Part shown: positions 8,616 through 17,110 of the stretch, piece after piece | Position numbering within the stretch: the stretch's first letter is position 1 | Layout: each line of letters opens with the position of its first letter | DNA from: Piromyces finnis finn | Lineage: Eukaryota; Fungi; Neocallimastigomycota | Direction of reading: 5' to 3' | Assembly (NCBI GenBank): GCA_002104945.1 | Contig: MCFH01000205.1 | Location: 1 to 17,110 of the forward strand | DNA: 17,110 nt | Notes under the pieces: generated by a model | Databases searched by the model: none | What the model was told of the DNA's origin: nothing | Seen by the model: the letters and a program-made list of their open reading frames with translations, nothing else | Made by a program: the position numbers and the translations under genes

Positions 8616-9219
8616 TGTAATGGCGACACAGAAAGAATAGATTAGGATATCTATTCTATTACAATAACACAAATTTGAAAAATAAAATAAAAAATTGTTT
8701 TATTAAAATATCTTTTATTATAATAGAATTTTAATAATAACAATTACATCGATAAAATGATGAAAAATATCTTCTATTTATATTTTTCCTAAATACATTT
8801 ATATTATATTATAACTATTTATTTCTTATATATTATTATTTAAAATCTACACTAAAATCTTAATTATTAATAAATATTTAAACTATAACTATTTTTAGTA
8901 AAATACAATTGGCAATTCAAATTAAGTACCATTTAATTTGAATATGTGCCCATGTATTATTGATATATTAATCATTTATTATTTATCTATTTCTATAAAA
9001 AAAACAATACTAAAACTAGGGATTTAAATTGAGAATATTAATTTACTTGTTAAACATTAAAAATAAATTAATAATTTATTTTGTTTTAAACTTTAATTAT
9101 TAATAAATAAATTATGTCTCATTTTCTTTTTCTGAATATAATTTGTGTAACTTAAACAATAATACTTGTGGCTTAAGTTACATTAAAGATATCAAACAGA
9201 GGCGTTTGATATCTTTACA
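8616..9219 (-). repeat. 3' LTR of element C (604 bp)
   Basis: TGTAATGGCGACACAG...GATATCTTTACA on +; aligns by eye along its whole length with 14137-14710. Confidence 0.97.
8737..8782 (-). promoter_or_regulatory. Predicted TATA box (8775-8782) and transcription start / 11-nt self-primer (8737-8747) in the LTR of C
   Basis: On -: TATAAATA, then 35 nt from its first base GTAATTGTTAT, which is complementary to the 11 nt after the 5' LTR. Equivalent 5' LTR position ~14253-14261 (two bases missing in that copy). Confidence 0.7.
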
Positions 9220-9220
9220 A

Positions 9221-9231
9221 TCTCTCTCTCT
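9221..9231 (-). promoter_or_regulatory. Polypurine tract of element C
   Basis: AGAGAGAGAGA followed by one T and then the LTR start TGTAAAG on -. Confidence 0.85.
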
Positions 9232-9255
9232 AAGTCGAGCTCCTGCGAGATTAAT

Positions 9256-12200
9256 TTATAAGGAATCTTTTCTCGAAGGAATTTCAATTACAAATGGTTG
9301 GTATCTGTGCTTGATTAGATTACCAACTTTATTCTTTCTAATTTTCATGGAGGAGTTCGTTCGACTTATATTTTGACTTTTTAGAGTTTCTTTCAAACTC
9401 TTGTATTAATTGTTTATCTGGAATCTGATCTTCAGAAATCCAAGTGGATTTGTCAAATCCTTTCCATGATAACTTATAAAATGTTTCACCATTAACAGAT
9501 TTCATCTTTCAAATTTTCTCTGGAATTTTTTTCAATTAAATCTGTGTTAAGGTGAATGTTCCTCTTCCTACGATTAGACCTGTCGTTAACTTGTTTTCAA
9601 AGTATGGTTCTAACAATGGAAACATGAAAGACTGGATGACATCTCATTGTCTTTGGAAGTTTCAATTTGAAAGCGAGAGAACTAACTTTTCCAATTATCT
9701 CAAATGGGCCAAGCATTGAGGTGCTAATTTTCTCTTTAGGTTAGTTCCAGGAGAATCTTTCAATAACCATACCTTCTTTCCCACTTCGAACTCCGGGGGA
9801 ATCATTCTCTTCATATCGGCATATTCTTATATGTTTCTTTGCTTTTTCTAAGTTTTCTTTTAATAATTTAAAGTTTTCATTCATATCAATTACTCTTTGT
9901 TCACTCTACTAGGTCTATCATTAGCTGGAATTTCTAAGCTGAACTTTGGATGAAAACCATAATTAGCAAAAGAATGGAGATTGATTTATAGATTGTTGTA
10001 AAGTATTATTATATGCAAATTCAGCAAATGGGATAAGATCAACCCAGTTATTCTGCTTTTTATTTATAAACAACGGAAATATTGTTCTAATATGCCGTTC
10101 ACCTCTCCGTTTGACCATCTGTCTGCGGATGGTTGGCAGTTGATAATGAATGATTGATATTAAGAAGGTCACAAAGTCTTGACCAAAAGTCAGAAGTAAA
10201 TTGCGAGCCTCTATCAGAAATGATGGAATCAGGAAGACCATGCAAACGGAAGACATTAGCAATAAAAGCATCAGCAGCAATCGAAGCAGTAGGAAGACAA
10301 CGTAAAGGAATGGCGTGAGCAAATTTAGTAAATCTATCGACAACACCATGAGAGTTGTCATATCTCTGGACTTAGGAAGATCAACAATAAAATCAATAGA
10401 AATATCAGACCAGGGCCTACTGGGAGTGTCCAAAGGGGATAACAATCCATAAGGCTTATGTCTGGGACTTTGGATTTGCAACAAGTCACGCAAGATTTGA
10501 TAAAAGATTTAACGTCTGAATGAAACCTTGGCCACCAAAAGTTTCTGGAAATCAGTTCAGTGGTTTTCTTAATACCGAAATGACCAGCAGCAACAGAATC
10601 ATGATGAAGTTCCAAAACTCTTGTCCTAAGAGATTTAGGAACATAAATAAGATTATTATATAACAAAAATCCTCTTATCAATAATAACTTTATCAATATT
10701 TTTAATAGGTGCATTACATGCAGAACCATTCATTTTAAATTGGACAATAGAATTATACAAATCGTCATTTTAAGTTCTAATAAAATAGATCGATTAACGG
10801 TTTGTTATCGCTATGATGAACGAAATAGTAAGACAAGAAACATCAGAATTAATATTATTCTCTACATGATCACTTCTACGAGACAGGATATCAGGCTTAC
10901 CGGATTTCTTTCCAGCTCTATAAATGAGTTTAAAATCAAATCTGGATAAGAACAAATTCCATCTAATTGTCTCTGAGATAACATTTCAGGTTTTCTAGGA
11001 AATGTTAAATTCTTGTGATCAGTATAAATTATGAACGGATGGCGTGCACCTTCTAAATAATGACGCCATTCTTCAAGAGCAACTACAATAGCTAAAAGTT
11101 CCTTGTCATATATAGGATAGTTTCTTTGACAACTCGTCAAACTTTAGAAAGAAATGCAATAGGATGTAATTTGCCATCAAATTCTTGAGAGAGAATAGCA
11201 CCGACAGCATAATTACTAGCATCAGTTTCTACAATAAATTGTTTATTACTATCCGCATGTTTCAGAATAGGAGCTGACGTGAACAGAGATTTTAATAAAA
11301 TAAAAGCGTCCTGATCTTCTTTCACCCAGTTAAAAGCAACATTCTTTCTAGTGAGTTTGTGAAGAGGGTTTGCAATTTTAGCAAAGTCTTTAATAAAAAT
11401 TCTGTAATAGTTGCATAAACCAATAAAAGACTGAACCTCTTTAACATTCTTGGGAACCGGCCAATCGAGAATTGCTTTAACTTTATTTTCATCCATTTGC
11501 AATCCATCCTTTGAAATGACATAACCAAGAAAAGTGGTTTTCTCAACATCAAACTCACATTTTTCTAATTTAACATAAAGATTATTTTCAAGTAGTTTCT
11601 TAAGTACCTTTTAACATGCTCATGATGTTCTTCGATATTATTAGAATAAATAAGAATATCATCAATATATGAGATAACAAATCGTCTAAATAGTCACTAA
11701 GGACATCGTTAATGAAGTGTTGAAAAGTTGCAGGTGCATTCTTTAATCCAAAGGCATAACCAGATATTCAAAATGTCCATATCTAGTACGAAAAGCCGTT
11801 TTGTATTCGTCACCTTCTTTAATACGAACAAGATTATAAGCGGATTTAAGGTCTAATTTAGTAAAAATCTTAGCATTTTTCACCCTATCCAAAAGGTCAC
11901 TAATTAAAGGTAAAGGATATGAATTACGAATGGTAATATCATTCAACTTTCTATAATCGATACAAAGTCTTAGGGAGCCATCCTTCTTTTTAACAAATAA
12001 ATTGGGGCACCAGCAGGAGACGATGATTTCCTAATAAAACCTTTATTTAAATTATCATCAATATATTTTTAAGTTCTCTCTTTCAACTTCAGTTAATGGA
12101 TACAAAGGTCCATAAAATAAAGTCGAATCATCTTTAAGTTTGATTTCACAATCATAAGGTCTATGAGGAGGTAACACTTCACAATTTTTTTCATTAAACA

Positions 12201-12870
12201 CTTCACTAAATTCTAAATATTGGGTTGGTACGGCGACCAATTTATCTTTTAATATCTTTTCCATTTTATTATTATTACTACATGATTCTTATCATTATTA
12301 CATGTTTCATTAATTTTTGTTACAATACATTTAACTTTTTTATTAAAACTAATATATTCATCATCGCTATCATCTTCATCATTGATGGTTCTAACAAGGC
12401 GGCCTTTAACATATTCTTTTCTTCATTTTTGGACAGAGGGATCTACTTCGGCTTTTTGGTCAAGCTTCGGTCGAGAACATCATGATCTAACTGATCATTC
12501 TTTGACTTCTTTCTTGGTTTTCTCTTTCTTTTGCCTTTATTACAATGTCTGGCACAATAACCAGAACTAAAAGCGATTTTCTTAGAGTCGTAGAAAGCAT
12601 TTGGATTATGCTTCTTTATCCACGGCAAACCAAGAATAACATCAACACCGGGACTTGTAATCCATAAGTTGATTACTTCGAAGTGATTTTTGCAACGGAG
12701 CATGCACTTCTCAGTCCTTCCCAAACACTAACAACTCCATCACTAACACCTGAAACACGGATGGTTCACTTTTTCCAAATTAATACCAAGTCTTCAGCAA
12801 GACTTGGATTAATGAAATTTAATTCAGAACCGGAATCAATTAAAACCTTAATTTAACTTCGAAACTTCAT
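9256..12870 (-). CDS. pol: Element C pol: protease, RT, RNase H, integrase, chromodomain (many 1-nt frameshifts)
   Basis: [12 protein letters not shown] (DSG 12829-12837), [30 protein letters not shown] (11658-11669), [35 protein letters not shown]...[18 protein letters not shown], and chromodomain [31 protein letters not shown] (~9390-9525). End coordinates approximate. Confidence 0.93.
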
Positions 12871-12989
12871 TGTACTCAAGTAAAAGTCACAAGGTTTAAA
12901 TCACTTTCACTCCCTTAACTCAACTTTGTAAATTTTGGATTAACAATTTTGGAGTCCTTTCTTTAACATTCTTAACACTTTCTGGGCTA

Positions 12990-13743
12990 CTCTATTAGGA
13001 CAATTAAATTTTAAATGTCCCGTTGTTTACAAAGAAAACATAACCCTTTTTCTTTTCTTCTTCAAAGTTATCTATGTTTCATTGTAATTTTACTTGATCC
13101 TTGAATATTCACATACCTTTTGTTTATTCTCTCTACTAATTTTAAATACATCCACATCCATAGGTCATTAGCCCTTCTACCATTAAAATAAAATTCACTT
13201 AAAGAATTCCTTTTCATCATATCTTCAACTAAAATAGTTGAAGAAATCAATTGTTCAATTGAAGTTGGGTTTGATTCAATGAAAGCCAACTTCTCCCTAA
13301 GTGGTGGTAATAAACCTTCAGAAACATTAGATTTTTGCGCTATCATAAAGCTTGAATTTTGGCTAATACGTTGAAACTCGGTAATGTAATCTAATACCTG
13401 ACCAAGTTTCCTTTGGCGAAGATTATCTAATTTTCCGTTAGCTACAACGTATGTATCTATAACTGCCAAAATTAGCCTTCAACCTATCTACAAATCATCA
13501 TAATGGTTTAAAAACCCACTATTATTCTTCATCAACACTGAAGCCCATTCCAAAGGTTTACCAGAGAAGTTGATATAACGAAGTCGACCTTGACTCGATC
13601 TGTATTGTACAGTGTCGGTCGAGTACGAATACCAACTCCACTCTAGTTAAAAATCCATCTAATTCACGTTGTTTACCAGAGATATCGGTGGAGCATTAAT
13701 ATGTTCCCGAGTTCCCGGAAACACCCACATTCCTATCACCCAT
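12990..13743 (-). CDS. gag: Element C gag: capsid domain plus CCHC zinc knuckle (frameshifted)
   Basis: ATG at 13741-13743 (MGDRNVGV...), ELDGFLTRVELVF, KPLEWASVLM, LRQRKLGQVLDYITEFQRI (ORF 13068-13469), and GLCFLCKQ.GHLKFNCP near 12995-13045 with one base missing. Confidence 0.85.
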
Positions 13744-13832
13744 TTCCAAATTCAAATTTTCAAATTCACTAATTAAACCCTCCAACTTACTAAAATAAAT
13801 AAATGTTTTCTTATACTATTTCAAGTAAGTAA

Positions 13833-13856
13833 TTTTTTTTTTTTTTTTTTTTTTTT
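13833..13856. repeat. T24 homopolymer (A24 on the element's sense strand) in the 5' leader of C
   Basis: 24 consecutive T counted on +. Confidence 0.9.
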
Positions 13857-13983
13857 ATTATTTAAAAAGATAATTTTAGTATATCAACATACAAAGTTAT
13901 TCAGACGCGTTCTGCAAAACAGTGTCGAACAAGTTTGTACTACTAATCAATCCTTAATGGTTATTCTTGGTCCTTTCTTCCCA

Positions 13984-14100
13984 CTCGGCGGCGGTAGATC
14001 AATTTCAACCAGTATTATTCTTCTTTTTTCTTTTACCCGGTAGACTCAATTTCAACCCAGTAGTTATTCTTCTTTTTCTTCTTTTACTCGGCGGTAGATA
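13984..14100. repeat. Imperfect ~52-bp tandem repeat (2 copies plus a partial) in the 5' leader of C
   Basis: CGGTAGA(C)TCAATTTCAACC(C)AGTA(G)TTATTCTTCTTTTT..CTTTTAC recurs, with CTCGGCGG..TAGAT at both flanks. Confidence 0.8.
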
Positions 14101-14125
14101 CCTAAGTATTCTTGGTTTTCGTTAG

Positions 14126-14136
14126 GTAATTGTTAT
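14126..14136 (-). promoter_or_regulatory. Primer-binding site of element C, self-priming type (ATAACAATTAC)
   Basis: Directly abuts the 5' LTR end (...CCATTACA|ATAACAATTAC). No TGG, so not complementary to a tRNA CCA end; exact 11-nt complement at 8737-8747 in the LTR. Confidence 0.8.
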
Positions 14137-14710
14137 TGTAATGGCGACACAGAAAGAATAGATTAGGATATCTTCTATTACAATAACACAAATTTGAAAA
14201 ATAAAATAAAAAATTGTTTTATAAAATATCTTTATTATAATAGAATTTAATAATACATTACATCGATAAAATGATGAAAAATATCTTCTATTTATATTTT
14301 CCTAAATACATTTATATTATTATAACTATTTATTTATATATATTATTTAAATCTACACTAAATCTTATTATTAATAAATATTTAAACTATAACTATTTTT
14401 AGTAAATACAATTGGCAATTCAAATTAAGTACATTAATTTGAATATGGCCCATGTATTATTGATTATTAATCATTTATTATTTATCTATTTCTATAAAAA
14501 ACAATACTAAAACTAGGGATTTAAATGAGAATATTAATTTACTTGTTAAACATTAAAATAATTAATAATTTATTTTGTTTAAACTTTAATTATTAATAAA
14601 TAAATTATGTCTCATTTTTCTTTTCTGAATATAATTTGTGTAACTTAAACAATAATACTTGTGGTTAAGTTACATTAAGATATCAAACAGAGGCGTTTGA
14701 TATCTTTACA
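14137..14710 (-). repeat. 5' LTR of element C (574 bp)
   Basis: Same termini as 8616-9219; net 30 nt shorter through scattered 1-2 nt deletions; followed by the TSD GGCAT. Confidence 0.97.
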
Positions 14711-15760
14711 GGCATGACTAAGTACTCAAAGTGACCAAATGCCGTCCTGAATGCAGTCTTGTACTCGTCACTTCTTTAATCCTAATTAAATTATAAGCTG
14801 ACTTGAGGTCTAACTTAGTGAAATAGTTAGCACCTTTCATTGATTCAAAGACTGATAGGATTAAAGGTAGCGGATAGGCATTCTTGATAGTTTGGTCGTT
14901 GAGCTTGCGATAGTCAACGCAAAATCTTAGACTACCATCCTTCTTATCTTGGAGTAGAACTGGATGTCCAGCAGGAGATCGGGATTTTCTAATGAATCCT
15001 TTATTCAAGTTTTCTTCAATATACTCCTTAATAAATTGACGTTCAGTAGGAGTAGTTGGATAAATGGCCCATAAATAATGAAGATTAGGTTTCAAATCGA
15101 TAGAACATCATATACACGATGTTCAGGAAGTCATCGGCTCGTTCTTCATTGAAGCTATATAAATCTTCATATTCCAAAGGTATACCGTTGATAATTCTAC
15201 TAGTTCAGGATTCTGATCATCGGCTATGAAGACTGTTTCTGTTGGAATGGAAGTTGATTTATCCTAGATTGAGTCTTCGAGTTCCGTGATAAACTAACTT
15301 CATGAAGAGGTGTAGATTTCTCAAATCATTCCTAAGTTAGGAGATTTAATCTCAATCATTATGGTTGAGAAAGGAACAGGACGATTTAACTGTAAAGGAA
15401 TGGTCAGGTTGTGTTAAGATACAGAAGAAGTTGGTTTTCATGAACTTAGAAACTAGGAGAATCGAAGAAGGAAGCTGATCAGCTACGTGGCATCGAAGTT
15501 TGTATTGACGAACTTCTTCTCGAGTTCCTCCTATAGAAGATAAGTTCATTACAATGTTGAACTCTTCTGTGATGTAATGCATTAGGACATTACCTCCCAT
15601 GACCTTTACAACAGTATCAGCTGGTATGGTCTTAATTCCTAGTTTCTTCACTAAATCCCATATGGATTACATTGGTAGTAGAGCCGGAATCTAAGAGAGA
15701 CGAAGTGATAACCTGTCTAGATCCTTTAGAAGTTTTTACACTAGTCTTCACGATGGGGAT
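14711..15760 (-). pseudogene. pol: Element B pol, 5' part: aspartic protease and RT N-terminal half
   Basis: SLLDSGSTTNVIH (DSG 15683-15691); ORF 14718-15095 has KGFIRKSRSPAGHPVLLQDKKDGSLRFCVDYRKLN and [13 protein letters not shown]; ends GHFEYLVMP at the TSD. Confidence 0.92.
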
Positions 15761-15849
15761 ACTTCTCCGGATCAGGATTTGGTAGCTCTAAGATATCTTG
15801 CTCTCTACTTCACAGAGATAGCTTGGAGTATGAAGTACCATTATTAGGT

Positions 15850-17096
15850 TTAGTACTTTATTGGGATTTTGGGGTACTAGACTTGCTATCCAAAGTTACT
15901 GGAGCCTTTTCCTTTTTTGGTTAGACGGGCGATTGTTGTTATTGTTGTTCCTTTGGTTGTTATTACGATTGTTAGTCTTGTTAGGGTTCTTGGAATAAAG
16001 ACTGCCATGAATACCTAATAAATTAGCTATTAAGGGCTCTTTGTCCTTGTAGTTAGCTTGTCTTTCCAAAGTATCATCGTAATAAGTATCCTTGGAAGCA
16101 TCATATTTGATTAGAAGATTCTTCAGTTCTTCTAACGTCTGTCTATCCGAAGTTAATTTACTAAAGGCGTGGTTCACGGTGAGTCGAACTTGGAAAAGCA
16201 TGATGGTTAATTGAATGTCTTCGGAACATCCAATTAATTTGACATATTGGGAGAATTTTCCTAAGTATTCGGAAGCTTTTCCCCAACTATGTCTGAGCTT
16301 CATCAGGTCGATTTTGGTGATGTTGATATCCTTCGGGTTAAGGAATCTCTTACTTAAAGCTTCGTAAAGAACTTTCTATTCGGATGAGATTCCTGGAAGT
16401 CTGCTTGTTCAACATCGTACCAATCTGCAGCATCACCAGTAAGACAATCTTCAATGAAGTTTACTTTCATAGCTTCATTGTTTCCATAGAACTTGATGTG
16501 TCTTAAGAAGTGGTGTTCGCATCGACGGATGAATCTACGTAATTGAATACTTTCTCCTGAGTAAGAAAGCATTTTTTCAGCGACGTTTGGAGGCGAAGCA
16601 TCTCCCATGATGACGTCACCGTCAGGTTCGTGAGGTGGTGTAGCAGAAGGAGTAACGGGAGTAGACAACTCATCAACTCTTTGAGTAGCCTTGCTGATAT
16701 GAGCTTTGATATCAGCGAGTTGATTGTCTTTCCTAGCATCGTTGACTTCTAAGGTAGCCATCTTACCCATAATAACTTGAGTAGAGTTTTCCAAAACAGT
16801 CAAACGATCATTGAGACTTTCGTTTTCCCTTCTGGTAGCTTGAATATCAACCTTTAACTGATTGATATTCCCAGTTAAGGTAGCAGTTAAAGACTCAATG
16901 AGGGCCTTGAGATCCTCATTAGTAGTTGGCTTCTGAGTAGGATTACTCGTAGAAGCATTAGCTTGTCCGGAATGATTAGGCATCTTTGATTTTCTTACGG
17001 GAGTATTTCCTGGGGAACGTTCTCTCTTGGTAGTTTGTAGGCGTTAAAAAATTCTTTTGTATCCACTTTAATAGGTGTAAGTGGAGATTTTTCCAT
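15850..17096 (-). CDS. gag: Element B gag (frameshifted): N-terminal coiled-coil-like region, capsid-like domain, Asn-rich tail
   Basis: ORFs 16354-16983 and 15896-16303; YSGESIQLRRFIRRCEHHF...KVNFIEDCLTGDAADWY resembles the Ty3/gypsy capsid domain. A likely upstream ATG is at 17094-17096 (MEKSPLTP...), joined by one frameshift. Confidence 0.8.
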
Positions 17097-17110
17097 TAAA
17101 CTTTAATTAT

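Larger units (their letters stand above)
8616..14710 (-). mobile_element. Element C: full-length chromovirus-type Ty3/gypsy LTR retrotransposon, 6095 bp
   Basis: Two TG...CA LTRs, 5-bp TSD, PPT, gag with CCHC knuckle, protease DSG, RT YIDD, RNase H, integrase and chromodomain, in gypsy order on -. Confidence 0.97.
4905..17110 (-). mobile_element. Element B: chromodomain-containing Ty3/gypsy LTR retrotransposon, interrupted by element C; 5' LTR outside the window
   Basis: On -: gag, protease, RT, RNase H, integrase, chromodomain, then 3' UTR, PPT-like tract and TGTCA LTR start. The RT reads continuously (GHFEYLVMP / MPFGLTNA) across the 8616-14710 insertion. Left boundary uncertain (4905 or 5180). 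Confidence 0.9.

Noticed and set aside
5456-12570. Short + strand ORFs (5456-5683, 7226-7444, 9143-9376, 10740-10949, 12225-12485, 12382-12570)
   Set aside because: Antisense shadows of pol, LTR or UTR sequence with no recognisable motifs.
13825-13830. GTAAGT splice-donor consensus next to the T24 run
   Set aside because: It is antisense to element C and has no supporting exon.
6122-17096. Programmed gag-pol frameshift or readthrough sites, and RIP-type mutation
   Set aside because: Indel noise is too high to identify a programmed shift, and the LTR pair shows no C-to-T substitution pattern.

Overview
Very AT-rich eukaryotic DNA made almost entirely of retroelements around one tRNA gene. 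The composition and element types suggest an anaerobic gut fungus (Neocallimastigomycota); this is inference only. Left to right: (A) the 3' end of a Ty3/gypsy-type integrase on + (1-1023) with a possible LTR after it; AT-rich spacer; a decayed, 5'-truncated LINE ORF2 C-terminus on - (~3440-4765) with a CX2CX8HX4C knuckle and an internal (AATAGT)n tract; an intact tRNA-Cys(GCA) on - (4819-4890); (B) a chromodomain-bearing Ty3/gypsy element on - from about 4905/5180 to beyond the right edge; and (C) a full-length chromovirus (8616-14710, two LTRs, GGCAT target-site duplication) inserted into the RT MPFGL motif of B. Three observations stand out. (1) Element C has no tRNA primer site; the 11 nt after its 5' LTR are exactly complementary to an 11-mer in the LTR about 35 nt downstream of a TATA box, the Tf1-type self-priming layout. 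(2) The tRNA gene appears closely flanked by retroelements on both sides, a possible LTR end 14 nt upstream and a LINE 5' end ~55 nt downstream, which hints at tRNA-gene targeting; both boundaries are inferred. (3) C's two LTRs differ almost only by 1-2 nt indels, so many frameshifts here are probably sequencing errors and C may be very young. No host protein-coding gene could be supported.
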